Below, in pieces: positions 24,836 to 38,339 of a stretch of 64,000 nt of DNA. Position 1 is the first letter of the stretch, and the number at the start of each line of letters is the position of its first letter. The DNA lies in NCBI RefSeq assembly GCF_004010195.1, contig NC_057755.1, forward strand, positions 10,948,161 to 11,012,160, read 5' to 3'. Source of the DNA: Chiloscyllium plagiosum. Lineage: Eukaryota. The notes below the pieces were generated by a model. It was not told where the DNA came from, ran no database searches, and worked only from the letters and a program-made list of their open reading frames with translations. The translations under genes and the position numbers were made by a program.

Positions 24836-25390
24836 GATTCGTTATTGTGTGTAGCCATTGGGCGTGCACAGAGATAATTCATCAAACATAATTTAAAAGC
24901 AGCGAGCTTCGTTCGTGATGCGTGGATTCCAGAAAATATTGGAAGCGGTATCACTGAGAGTATTTGAAGAAGAGATCGATAGATGTTTGAAATATCAAGG
25001 AGTTGCGAGTTATGTGGATCTGGAATGAAAGAAACGTTGAGATTTGGGTCAGATGATTATGTAGAATAGATGGCAGATTTGAGGATCACCTGCTTCTGCT
25101 CCTGTTTCCCAGATTCTTATATGACATCATGATTTTTTAAACATCATTGAATTGTGAGAATTCAAGCTTTGAAGAAGATGGACCTATGGGAGGAAGAACT
25201 TTAAAAGGAATAAGCAAAATTACCTTTTTGTACAATCCTGTTTGATCGTTGAACAATAAAAAGAAACCTGGGTAAGAACAGCAGAGTGCAGAAACCGAAG
25301 TAAAAGGAATTGAGGACCACACTCAGAAATGGATCCATTGATGTAGGGAGGAGAAATAGACAGAAGTATACAGTAATCAATCAACTGTTT

Positions 25391-25738
25391 AGGTGTGGCA
25401 CGGTGAATCTGTGGACAGCACTGCTGCCTGACAGTGCCAGGGACCCGTGTTTGAATTCATCCTCGATCGACTGTATGTGTGGAGTTTGCACATTGTTCCC
25501 GAATCTGTGTGGGTTTCCTGAGGTGCTCCTTTCACAGACCGAAGATGTGCAGGTTTGGTCGATGGGCTATGGTAAGTTGACCCATTGTATCTAGGTATGT
25601 GCATGCTAAGTGGGTTAGCCATGCGAAATGTAAAATTACAGAATCAGGATGAGGGCGTGGTGGGTCTAGATTTGAATATCTGAGGAGGATTGGTATAGAC
25701 TAAACGGGCCGAATTTCCCACATTTTAACGTTTCTATG
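25391..25738 (+). mobile_element. Degenerate HE1/V-SINE (paralogous copy at about 41010-41380)
   Basis: tgtgtggagtttgcacattgttcccgaatctgtgtgggtttcc V-domain. Confidence 0.75.
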
Positions 25739-28618
25739 AACTGTTCTGCAGAAGGAAATTCAGGCAATATGAAAGTGCTGAAATGGCAGAACTGATGAAA
25801 AACAAACGTCATCCTCCCAGAACCTGTTATCCTCCAAGTTTCCCTTGGCACGAGAATTTCTACTTAATAAAATGATGATGTTAAATTATTCAAACGAACT
25901 TTATTCCTATCCCAGGAATAAAAGAAGAACACCTTTAACTGATGACTTGAAAACCAAGGTTGGAATAAAAATATGTGCAAGTGCTGCACAGCCATATTTG
26001 ATTTGACTGACTTCCCTTTGTAGACAGTGGCAGATATTTAAAAGCATCGAAACGTTTTCCAAACCAATCTGTTCAGAGATGCCACATTTGGAACAGGTGG
26101 GCTCTGAACCTGAAACTCACTAATCCACAGTTCGGAATACATGTCACCAATATAATAGAGTGGAATATTGCTGGGAATGCACTGTGGACCCAATGTATCC
26201 CACCTGATCGACATTGTGACAGTAAGATTGTAAACGTACATATTAATTAATCCCAAGCATCATGTTGTGTAATTATTTATTAAAGCTCATAACAGACAGA
26301 CCCCGAGGCAGCAGTCATTATATAAACAGAACACGTTGCTGTCAATGTGAAGGTTTGGAATTAAAGTCGTTGTTCATTGTTGTGTTTGGTAATGCATGAC
26401 AATATTTTACATGTTCTGCAAATCACTGTACATTCAACGAACAAAACATTTGATCACAGAACTACTCGATCACCAGGATTTAGAAAATATATCTTTCAAT
26501 ACTAACACTAAGAAAATTATTGTAATCATCACAAATAAACGAACTGAGAGTGAACTATGTGGAAGGAGTGACGCTGTGATCTCAGTGAAAGTCTCATGTA
26601 CTCATTAGCTTAATGTACTCATTTGTAGATATTTAAAACATTATTCAACATATCATGAGCAGTTTTGAGCCCTGTGTCTAAGGTGGATGTGTTGGACCTG
26701 AAGCGGGTTCAGAGGAGGATCATATGAATGATTCTGGAGATGAAGGATTTGTCTAATGATTAGCGGTTGAAGACTCTGGGTTTGCACACAAACGGGGATT
26801 AGCAATATGAAGGGGAATCGGTCGAAACTTTCAGAATACTGGGAGACCTGGATGGAGTGGACACGCAGAAGTCGATTCACTAATATGACACTTCAGGACC
26901 TCAGGGCACAGCCGCAGGTTAAGTAGACATCTATTTAGAAAATACATGAAGAGGATTTTCTTCAGTCAAAGTATCATGAGGCAGTTAAGGTTATTGCCAC
27001 AGACAGGGTATGGAGACTAAGCCACTAAATGTATTGAAGAAGGAGATATTTTTTGATGAATTAAGTGGTCAAAGTTGCAGAGATAAAGCAGTACAATGGG
27101 ATTAAGAAACATGTCGGTCACGATTAAATGGCGGGGCAGATTTGATCGGCCAAATGGACAAATTCTACTTCTATCTTATCTTCTTCTGGTCTTCCGGAAA
27201 GTAGCAAATATCATTTGATCGACACAAGTATCAGGCAATTACCGTCTTCAACAAAAGAGTTTCTAATCATTGCCCTTTGATATTCAATGAAATTGCTATT
27301 ATGCAGTCCTTCACTATCCACATTCTGGGAATTAACATTGACCCAAACAAGCCCTGGCTTAGCCATGTAAGTGTAGTTGCTAGAAGTCCAGGTCAGAGGC
27401 AAGGAATCATGCTGAGAAAATCTCATCTCCTGGCTCCGCAAAACCTGACCCAGCATCTACAAGGCACAAGTCATGACTGTGATGGAATGCTTCCCATTTG
27501 CCTGAATGGGTGCTTCTTCAACAACACTCAAGAAACTCAACATCATTCAGGACCATGGAAAATTCAGAAAAGGATTAATACCAGACTTGAAACCTTCACA
27601 TTTGTTTTTCTCTCCACGGAAACTGACAGATCTGCAGAGTTTATCAAATGCTTACTTTGTTTATTGCAGATATCCAGCATACGGGGTAGTTTGCCGTTAT
27701 TCCAGAAAAAAAAATCAGCCTGCTTGTTTCCCCCCATCCACAAACCTTCAGTCTCTCACCTGCCACTGATGCTCAGTGACAGCAGGGTGTACCATCTAAA
27801 AGGCACATTGCAGCAGCTCACCAAGATCCCTCAGACAGCGCCCTCTCACCCTCACAGCCACTACTGTCTGGAAGTAGCAGATAGATGGCAATTAAACCAC
27901 TTGCAACTTCCGTTCAAGACACGACCTTTCTGTTCTGGGAATACATCACCATTTCTTCAGTCTTCCTGGAGCAGTTAAAATAAATTCTGACAGCTCCATG
28001 GAAAGGTTTACGTGGATATGCGCAAAATACATGCAAATGTGACAAGTTTAGTTTAGGAAAACTGATCAGCGTGGATGAGTTGGACCGAAGGGTCTGCTTC
28101 CGTGCTCAATGATTCTATGTGGGTGCACTTACACAAAATGGTCTTCAGTGGTTTGAGAAGACAGCTCACCACCACCTTCTGAAGTGTCACCCGAGATGGA
28201 GGTTAAATGCTGACACGGCCTGCTCTGTATTCGAAATAAATTCCAATTGCAAATGCTTGCAAAATATTTACAAATAAATCTGCATCTACAGACGGATGGA
28301 AACAAAAACAAAATGACCTACTGCTGAAACCAGAAAGCACAGATAGGTTAGAAATTATCAAATCCAAGGCAAGTATGTCAAATTTCAATTTAAAAAAGAG
28401 GGAGTTGAGTTAAATAATTTTTTCACAAACATAAAAACCGAAAGAACTGTGCTGTAAAATCAGAATCAAAAACAGAAGTTGCTGGAAAAGTTCTGATGAA
28501 GCGTCACTAGGCCAGAAATGCCAGCTCAGATTACTCGTCCCTGAAGCTGACAGACCTGCTGTTTTTCAAGCAACTTCTGTCTTTGTTTATGCAAATATAA
28601 CTGGATTTGAGGACTTAC

Positions 28619-28763
28619 CACTAACGCGAACAGCTGCAAATATCGCGTGGTAAAACTGTAAGATTTCTGAGTAATTCCTTCTGTCCAAGTCAGATAGGTC
28701 TGTTTCTGTGGATCCAATTATTGTGTCCACCGAAATACAATAATATTGTCAACACAACTTCAT
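28619..28763 (-). pseudogene. Probable exon 1 of GPCR pseudogene 1
   Basis: ATG at 28763 gives MKLC*QYYCISVDTIIGSTETDLSDLDRRNYSEILQFYHAIFAAVRVS-G then gtaagt. Phase-1 donor matches the acceptor at 23999. FYHAIFAAVRVS resembles IYYPILAITGVP of the intact paralogue. Confidence 0.65.
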
Positions 28764-29596
28764 TTTATTTGGAAGCTAAATGTCCATGCGACAAAAAAGT
28801 CTAGTTGAAACACTAATTACATTAGTTGCAGTAATCCGAACATGCAGCAAAATAACCGCTTTCCTCTGTGGTTTATTTCGTAGTGGAATCAATTTTAAAG
28901 AATAAAATGTCACTAATTTCTTAAGAATTCAAATTTGATGTTATTGTCATATGTACACAAGTACAAAATTTCGTGAGTACATTGAAAAGTGGTCAAAGAT
29001 AACATTCCTAGATCCAACTCAGTACAAAATCTTAGGTACGAAGTACAGACATAAAATTAAAACTGAAAAGATGTATTTTGAAATCTTTCGTAAGGCTGAA
29101 CAATGCACTCCAGTTTGCAGTAAAAATATTCTGTACTACACTAAGAGGTAGCTTTCCCATCAGTATTGCCTTTTTAATCAATTTTAAAAGCTGGAAATAT
29201 TCTTCCAGTGAGTTAGAAACTCACAGGAGTCGGTGATCAGGCCCATATCTTCCTAATGAAAGAACGGAGGTTGACATTTCTAAGGGGGGGTTTCCATGCA
29301 AGTTGCCATCAGGAGTGTGGAACCATACTTCCATCCGAAAAGATCTTTCTGGGCTAAAACTGTCTTATATTGTGTAAAGTCAGTGTGATTTGACAGTGCT
29401 GTAACAGTAAAGTACCAGGAGGATAATGAGGTAGGGCACCAGGTTGATAGGGAGCAAGATTATGTAGGGTGCTAATGTGCCAGGTATACAGGATGCTGAC
29501 CGTTGAGGAGTTAGAATACCAACTAGGTTCTGGGTAGTGTAGCAATTGAGGTCTCTCGCTTGTGCCGTTAACGTGGCTGACAGACATAAACAGGTG

Positions 29597-30828
29597 TACA
29601 TAGAACATAGAACATAGAGATGTACAGCACAGAACAGGCTCTTTGGCCCACAATGTTGTGCCGAGATTTAATCCAAATGTAAAATATTGCTATTTAACCT
29701 GCGCATCCCTGAACTCACTGCTATCCATGTGCATGTCCAGCAGTCACTTAAATGTCCCCAATGACTCTGCTTCCACCACCTCAGCTGGCAACTCATTCCA
29801 TGCATTTCTAACTCACTGCATAAAGAACCTACCTCTGATGTCTCTTTAATACCTTCCTCCCAAAAGCCTTCAAACTATGACATCTCATAACAGTCAATCC
29901 TGCCCTGGGAAAAAGTCTCTTGCTATTGACTCTATCTATACATCTCATTATTTTTTAGACCTCGATCAGGTCGCCTCTCTTCCTCCTTCTCTCCAGAGAG
30001 AAAAGTCTGAGCTTATTCAACATTTCTTCATAAGGCAAGCCCTCCAGTCGAGGCAGCATTCTGGGAAACCTTCTTTGCACCCTCTCCAAAGCCTCTGCAT
30101 CTTTCCTATAATAGGGCGACCAGAACTGAACACAATATTCCAAGTGTGGTCACACCAGGGACTTGTACAGCTGCTGCAAAACCTCGCGGTTCTTAAACTC
30201 GATCCCTCTGTTAATGAAAGCCAAAACACCATATGCTTTAATAACAAACCTATCCACTTGGGTGGCAACTTTGAGTGATTTATGTACTTGCACAGCCAGA
30301 TCCCTCTGTTCCTCTACAGTCAAGAATCATGTCTTTAATCCTATATTTCGCATTCGAGTTCGACCTTCCAAACTGCATCACTTCGCGTTTATCAAGTTTG
30401 AACTCCAGCTGCCATTTCTCAGTCCAGCTCTGCATCCTGTCTTTGTCGTGCTGCAACCTGCAGTAGCCCTGTATGCTATCGACGACACCTCCAACCATTG
30501 TGTCATCGGCAAACTTACTAACCCACCCCTCAACCTTCTCATCCAAGTCATTTATAAATCTACAAGTGCAGACGCCCAAGAACAGACCCCTGCGGGACCC
30601 CACTCAACACTGTCCTCCAGGCAGAATACTTTCCATCTACAACCACTTTCTGTCTTCTGTCGGCCGGCCAATTCTGAATCCAGAGAACCAAATTTCACTG
30701 TACCCCTTACTTCCTGACTTTATGAATGAACCTACCATGGCGAAGCCTATCAAATGCCTTGCTGAAGTCCATAGACACCACATTCACTGCTCGACTCTCG
30801 TCGACCTGTCTTGACACCTCCTCAAATT
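29597..30828 (-). mobile_element. 5'-truncated CR1 LINE
   Basis: FINDLDEKVEGWVSKFADDT and EYCVQFWSPYYRKD..LERVQRRF; (catagaa)n tail at 29597. Confidence 0.93.
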
Positions 30829-30879
30829 ACAAATTCTATCCCTCAGAATCCTTTCCAAAACGTTGCTGACCACAATGTC

Positions 30880-33726
30880 AGGGTTCTGTTCTGAGTAAAC
30901 CAGTCCAGTGCCCAGTACTTTACATGGAAAGCCCACCTACAGCTCGCTTGCAACAGTTAAATTGCTCAGCAACATCTAAATCAGAACCAATCGAAACAAA
31001 CGTCTGGTTAAATGGTCACCTGTTTCGAATGGAGGCAGATACCAGCACAGCCGTATCAGTGTTTGCAGAAACAACCTTTAACAATGATCACTCGGGACTC
31101 TTTCTCCTAAGTCTCTGTAAGACCTCAGCTGGACTGCGAACCTATCTGAGGGTAACTTTACAGATTAAGGTGACAACTACGATTCTGGGCTCGTATGAGA
31201 TGCAACTGGCTCAGTTTCCACTTAATTCATTTTGATTGGCTCAGCATTTTGCGTTTTTATTTCTCTCATTTACGGAAGGAGGGCGTCACTGAATAACCAC
31301 CATTTATGTCTATCCCAGAGGGCAGTTAAAAGTCAACAATAGTCTGGAATCGCATGTAAACCAGACCAGTTAAGGACAGCACTTTCCATTGTGCAATAAT
31401 CGGCAATGCATTCCTGGTCATGCCAGACCCTTGATTCCAAATATATTTTGAATTCAAATTCCACCACCTGCTGTGGCAGGATTTCAAAGTGGGTCCCTGG
31501 GATAAGAGTCCCTCGACAATACCTACTAGGCCATTGCCACACCAGTGGAGTGAAAGACGGGTTTGAGTTAAATCCGGATGAAATACCCAGAACTTAATCA
31601 GGAAGGTGTAGGGATTCCCAACGGAATGAAGGCCACCTGGCATGTTGACCAAGAAGCAATTCCCCACTTCTGCGAGGCCCGCCTAGTGCCATTTACTCCA
31701 CATGGAAAGGCAGAGGCAGATATCGGGAGGCTAGAAAGGGAAGGAATCCTCAACTCAGTACAGTTTGCAGAATGCCAGCACCAGTGGTACCGATTGTGTA
31801 ATCTGATTGGTCGTTTACCATTGTGGGGATTTTAAGCAAACTGTAAATCAGTTCTCACAGCTGTATAAATACCCAATCCCTCATTATAGTACTGCATTAT
31901 ATCATGTGGAGCATGGGGGAGTGTCCCGAGAAAAGATGCCCATCACCAACTGGCTAAACACCAGCAGGGTTGTCCAAGGGTTTCCAAACTAAAGATGCTG
32001 ATGAGACATTATGTCTGGTGACCCGAATTAGATGCCAACATAGCCACGTCAGTGGGGCAGCGTCCAGCGTTATAACAGTGATAAATATTACATCCCATAC
32101 TCCTGGAATCTGCGGGGTAAGCGCTGAACTCAATGACACGTGGATTATACAGATCCTTTCATGGGTACGATGTTCTTAGTTATTGTGCATGCCCATTCAC
32201 AGTGATCCCAGTTCATTCATCAATTTCCATAATGATGATTGCAAAGCTGTGAGCATCATTTGCAAGACACAGACTTCCGGGAGTATTGGTCAAGGACAAT
32301 GAGATGTAATTTCGCAGTAGGTATTTGTGTTAGTTTCTGACGTTGAAATGCATGTCCAGACGGCTCCATAACATTCACCAACCAATGGTCTGATGGAAAG
32401 AGCAGTCCAGTCATTGAAAGCAAATTTAAAGAAACAGACAACATCTTTACTCGATACCAAACTATCCCGGGTCCTGTTCGATTATACAACCACCCTCACA
32501 TGACAAAAGGAATAGCTCCAGCAGAGGTGCGGATGGGGAGAAGGATCTGCACCCCATTAAACCTGACATTCGCGGAGCTGGGAGGCGGGTGAAGCAGCAC
32601 CAGGAACAAAAGTATCAGAGAGAGAGAGTTTACTTCAGCGAACGAAGTTTGATGTTGAATCCACAGAAATGGCCGTGTGTGGGACCAGGCGAGGTTGATG
32701 TGAGAGCAGGGCCTGTCACTTACAGAGTTTGGGTAGGTGAGGAAATCTTGAACAAACATGCAGAACATATGAAAGCTGTTGACTTTTAAACTGTCTCCTC
32801 AGAACAGCCAGAAAGTTGCCATGTCCCTCTGTGTCTAGCTTCAAAGGAAGTTCCGACTCGGAGATGGATGCAGCCTCAGTAGTGTTACTGCCTGAGGAGG
32901 ATGAGGAAACCCTGCCGTGACACTCTGGGGGCTAGAAACTGCTTATGGTCCAGTAAATGTCACCTATGTCAGAGTCAGAGGAACCAGATCTGGTATGAAA
33001 ACGCCCTGGGAGAAGCTACGAGAGAATGAGCAGGTGTGCGTTCCAAGACTTGGTGGGGGAGTAATGTCGTCATTGGAACTAGGGCCAGGTGGATCATTCA
33101 ATATGAGATCGTTGACTGGGACTGATAACCTGGGCCAATTATGGAGCTGTGGCTGGCAGTGGTAAACTGGAGATTGTATCTGCCAAGTGCATGTCCCTGT
33201 TCTGCAGTGATGTTCGAGGCAGTGTGTCCTTGGAGAGGGAGCACGCAGTGTCCACCAATGCTTTTGATGCCTTTCGGGAGAGGTTGTCTTTATCCTTCAC
33301 TTTCTTTTTTGGGTGGAGGCCTTGCCCCGATTGGGCTTTGCTTGTTAATGATTCCCTGTCTATATGGGTGTTTTTACCTGGTGGTGGAATTATAGCATAA
33401 AGTTCTTGCACAACGGTGTCATTTTTAAGGAGCCTGTACATAGATATACACACACACACACACCCGCCGCCCCTCCCCTCCCCCCCCCCCAGACACACAC
33501 ACACAGCCACTGGTGTGATGTGGGGACAATGTAAGCACCACTGAAGTGCTGTGGTCGTGTAGGAGATAAATTAAAAAAAAAAGAAAAAGGGAACACAGGA
33601 AAACCCAGCAGTGCGTGCTCACTTTCGGCAATGTCTTTGAGCTGGCGGGGTGGACCCCACGTATTGTGTTCTTGTAAATAAAGGGAGACTTGGTGACGGA
33701 ATACCGGCCTTTCTGCATTTATTTCA
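30880..33726 (+). mobile_element. Decayed Gypsy LTR retrotransposon (protease, RT start, integrase remnants, 3' LTR 33061-33726)
   Basis: VWLNGHLFRMEADTSTAVS (protease), RLEREGIL, CGDFKQTVN, HTPGI, TTLT..GIAPAEVRMGRR; LTR end aataaagggagacttggtgacgg...atttca. Probable 5' LTR remnant at about 29510-29596. Confidence 0.85.
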
Positions 33727-33910
33727 GGGTTAAATTAATGCATTCCATTGATATGAATGACAATTGATTGGAAATCTGAACAGGAATGAAAGAGAACAGT
33801 CACGAGTGTGTTGGCAGATTGAGTCTGGCGAGTGCAACATGGGAGAAAGCTAAATCCCAAACTGTTTTAATCGCTTAAATGAGCACAAATCACCAGGTCA
33901 GATTTGTGTG

Positions 33911-34110
33911 GAGAAAGTGAGGACTGCAGATGCTGGAGATCAGAGCTTAAAAATGTGTTGCTGGAAAAGCACAGCAGGTCGGGCAGCATCAAATGAACAG
34001 GAGAATCGACGTTTCGGGCATTCCTGAAGAAGGGTTTATGCCCGAAACGTCGATTCTCCTGTTCCTTTGATGTTGCCTGACCTGCTGCGCTTTTCCAGCA
34101 ACACATTTTT
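33911..34110. mobile_element. Fold-back Penelope-derived mini-element with hammerhead core and 17-bp target-site duplication
   Basis: Duplication caggtcagatttgtgtg at 33894-33910 and 34111-34127; CTGAAGA(34024)-agggtttatgccc-GAAACGTC(34051); inverted arms of about 70 bp. Confidence 0.88.
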
Positions 34111-34121
34111 CAGGTCAGATT

Positions 34122-34155
34122 TGTGTGTGTGTGTGTGTGTGCGCGCGCGCGCGCA
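34122..34155. repeat. (TG)n(CG)n alternating purine-pyrimidine tract
   Basis: Direct inspection. Confidence 0.9.
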
Positions 34156-35429
34156 ATGATGCAGGCCTTGGGGCTGGGCCAGCATTGATAGCCTGTCCCT
34201 GGTTACCCCTTGAATGTGGTGGAGTGCTGCTTCTGTCCACTGCTAGTAGGCTGACTCACAATGCCCTTACGGAAAGAATTCAAGGATTCTGACCGAGTTA
34301 CAGTGAAGGCACAGCAATAAACTTCTCTGTCGAGATGCTGAGTGACTTGGGGGGGAAACGTCCAGCCACTGGTACTGCCATGTATCTCTGCCCTTACCTG
34401 GATAGAAGTGGTCAAGTGTTGGAAAGTTCTGTCCAAGGACTTTTGATGAATTTCTGCAGTGCATCTTGTAGCTGGCACGCACTGCTGTTATTGCTGTCAG
34501 TGATGGAGGGGCTGAATGATTATGGATGTTGATACAATAAAGCGGGTTGATTTGTCCTGGATGGAGTCAAGAATATTCTTTATAATTAGTGTCAGTCCTC
34601 ATTATTTTTTTTCACAGCGAATCAGGGTGCTGACTCTCAAAGTTCAAGGGTCTGCTCAGGTATATTTTCGTATGTGATCCTTCACTTTATGTTGTTACTG
34701 ATGTGCTCAGAAACAATCAGGAGAAAGTAAGAATCACAATTAGAGACAGGAACTGGAAACTAAACTGGCATTTTAGAACTGCTTATAAAAAAAGCAAAGC
34801 TCACCCAAATAAGGAGGTTCAGGCTTGTTGACAATGTGGCAGTTTCAATCATTGATTGTGAGAGATGGGATACAACAATCGAAACAACTTGACAATTGTA
34901 TTTGTGGAAGGAAGGCCAGAGGCTGAATGTGAAGTGCAGATAAGAGCTTTGAATATTACACATTTTCATTCCAACTGTGAAAAATACCAAGTAAAATCAG
35001 ACTCCACAATGACAGCAGATGGGAAGATGTTAAAATCAATATCTGTATTTCATTGCTGTGGTAGTCAGTCACTGAACATACATGAGGTTGCCACTGACCG
35101 TTCAGCACAAAAGAGCATAAACCTATTGATGACACAAAGCAAAGCTTGAAGTACATTAGAAAGTTTCTTTAACCTGAAACACAAAAGCAGGGACTCAGCC
35201 TTTTGAAGAGCAATATCAAAAATGTTCAGACACTCAATCTCAGTGAACTAGTGTTCGAAAGTCAATTCATCTGTTTTTTTTTTGTACAAATGATTATTTC
35301 CAATTTTCGTGGCTGACAGTCATCTGTCCAATTTTGCTGATATGGCCTTCTTTTCAGATAATGCAACCATGGAAACTCTACATGCTCTTTCAACTTGGAG
35401 TTTTCAAATAGAGGTCAGACTTGTTTGCT

Positions 35430-36319
35430 TATTTTTCAAAGTGTAATAGTTATTTTACTCCGTTGATTAACTCCTTTCCGAATTTGGTTTGTGGTAGAGC
35501 ATATATGCAAGTGTTGGCGCCAAAATTCAGAAGCCATAGCAGGAATCCGATTTGTTGAATAACAAATATTGGATCATTGAAACTCTTATTTTCATAATTA
35601 TAGTTTATTACTTGCCAATTGAAAGAGTTTACAACATCAGTCATCTACAAGAGTATAAAATTAGCAGACAACGCAAAGAGCAAGATGAGTACTTTATATG
35701 AGTGACAACGACTGGATTAGTGGTATTCTGTCCACTTCCGTGGATTTAGAAGTAACAAAAGATACGGTTCAGTGTTGTAAGATTCCTGACAGTCAGAGCA
35801 TTGAATATCAAAATCAATACAATTGGAAGCAATGATGTAATCATACTGCCAACCATCCACACACTTTCCAGAATAATTATGTATCATAGACTGATTTTCT
35901 GATGCAAAACCAGGGGACATTGTCAATAAAACTAAATACATTAATACAGAATACGAAGTAATTGAATGCAAACAGCAGACCATACTCATAGCTACTGCAA
36001 CTTCAAACCCAGTCCTCGTACTACAATATCTTGCTCTTAGCTTCTTGCAAACAATTGCGACAAATCAATCAAATGTGAAAGCTACGGTGAACCAAACTGA
36101 ACAGTCTAGTGCTGCAAGGAACAAAGCAGCTCTCAAGGCAGACTCAGTAGTGATGGATGAGGATGTAACTGGGGAATAAACGTTGTTAATTTGGTACAAG
36201 TAAGACATTAAGAATGACGAGAAGTAGATCTGCTGGAGACATTGCTATCAAATTGCGAGTGATGCATTTAGAGACCCTAAAATTCCTTGGTGTCAGGTTC
36301 ACAACTGTCACTAAATTAA
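35430..36319 (-). pseudogene. GPR139/GPR142-like GPCR pseudogene 2, exon 2
   Basis: Acceptor mutated (tttctttcaa instead of cag). Reads NLVTVVNLTPRNFRVSKCITRNLIAMSPADLL...DCSVWFTVAFTFD*F (TGA at 36067-36065)...DPIFVIQQIGFLLWLLNFGANTCIYALPQTKFGKELINGVK*. Confidence 0.92.
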
Positions 36320-38339
36320 TTGAAAGAAAAACAAAGTAACATCCATTCCTACATGACAAGAGTTAAAGCAGAAATTTCAGCAAAGCATATCTGCTAAATC
36401 AAACCAATTGGATCAAAATAATATATTAATTATACAATGCACAGTCAGAATTTACAACGGAATTATTGACACAAGCAAACTAGAATGAACTGAAGACATG
36501 TTGGGAGACAATAGACAAGCAGAGTAAATCAACAAATAAATGAGAATAAAAAAAATAATAAATTTTATACTTTAGTGCAAGTATGTCATGCTGACAGATT
36601 CACTGAAATATTTAACAGATTTTTCATACATACTAAACTGGTAATGGAAGAAAAGATCAAATTATTATAATAATAGGAAAAGTTATGTCACATCAGGAAT
36701 TGAGCACATGAGCAATTACTGCACTATATATGTTTTTATGAAGTGGAACTGAGATGGTTGAATATGAGGGTTTGGTTAGTGGGCAGGTCTTTCACTGACC
36801 GGGTCCCACGCTTTCTCATGTATGCAAGTCACAAATCTGAAGAGGCTGTTGACGTGGTGAAGTAGAGATCGGAGATGAGGATGGATAGGAGCACATGAGA
36901 ATCATTATGGAACTTGGTAAGTGAGGCACTTTATAAGAACAGTAAGACCGAAATGGAAGGTGTGATTACAGCCCGCTTGGTTGGTAATGCATTACAAAAA
37001 TGTATCCAGATCCACCACCACCAATATACTGTAGCATCAGTATGTACTAGATTCAATGCAGAAATTCATCAAAGATTCTCAGACAGTAGCTTCCACACCC
37101 ACAAACACTTCCACACATAAGCACAAGGCATTTGATACATTGGTACATCACCCCCTGCAAATTCCCTTGAAGAAACTCTCCATCCTGAATTGGAAATACA
37201 AAACTTCCACCACTTTCGCTGGGTCACAATCACGGATCTCCCTACCCCAGGGCATTGTGGGAAACCCATAGCAGGCAGGCTGCAGCAATTCAGAGAAGTG
37301 TTATCAACTTCTCAAGTGGCAACGCGGGACAGCGATTAAATTCTGGTCAGCCAGCTCACATTTCACACATGAATGGGAAATATAACTAGTTAGAATTCAA
37401 AAGGCAGTTAGAAGATTTCAATTAGTGCTCAGATCACTTGTGTCTACAAGGTTAAATTGTGTGGAGTGATATGAACAGTGTTTTTTGGGCAGAATGGTGT
37501 AATGAATCACTCACCACCCGCAGTCTACTTTTAGTATCAAAGAGTTTATTGATGTTACACCAGTGGGAGGAAACCTCTGGGGTTCCAGAAGCTTCTTCAC
37601 TGAACAAAGGAAAGGCTTAAGCGTTTCTACAATAATTTTATCCCACCATTAGAGGCATCTCAGATTATTAATATCTTGCATACTTACACACCCAATGTAA
37701 ATTGTCATGTGTCTGTGTGTTAATGATGTCCAGCCATAATAAAAACTCCCCTGTCGACTATGATGTCATGATGTTTCCCAGTTGCCGTTATCTCTTTCCT
37801 TGGAGCTTTCACAGTGAGCGCTGTGTATCGCCACATTCCAAAACTCTGACGTCTAAACCTGCATTTCAATCTTCCCTGCAATAATGTGGGAGCCTTCCCT
37901 TTCTGTCAAGAAGATTTTTAGTGGAATCTCTTTAATGCTTATTCAGTTTTTTTTAACGATATGAGCCTATGTACTCAAATTTACAAATTCAAAATATATA
38001 ACAATGAACACCTAGAAACCTCAACTACTGTAAATCTAATTGTGATGGCTCGCAGTCTAAGGAATTCTTCTATCAGCCTATTCAAGGGTGTCCGAATCCA
38101 GATGTTTCTTCATGACAACTGCAGCTGCATGACTCTATTAGGACCCTTTGTATACCATCTTAAACTGTTTCCTTGGATATAATCTATCTGCAACGCTACA
38201 ATTGTCATCAATCATGCATTACGCCAACACTGCACCAAACAATGGTTATGAAGTTACAAGACATGCACTGGGCCTTTAAGAGTAAGGGAGTGCTAAACTG
38301 AACTGAGAGATAGTAAGCAACTGTGCATATGAAGACGGA

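Larger units (their letters stand above)
24900..29595. repeat. Old segmental duplication unit 1 (GPCR intron and upstream region)
   Basis: Colinear with about 40550-44500: same order of CR1 tail, V-SINE, unique sequence, CR1, second LINE and Penelope remnant. Confidence 0.85.

Noticed and set aside
34760..35177. Hydrophobic minus-strand ORFs as another GPCR remnant
   Set aside because: No family motifs (ADL, DRF, NTCIY) in the frames examined.
36690..36745. NIYSAVIAHV as exon 1 of pseudogene 2
   Set aside because: Needs a frameshift and lacks a GT donor at the expected place. Unit alignment indicates the true exon 1 was deleted near 44115.
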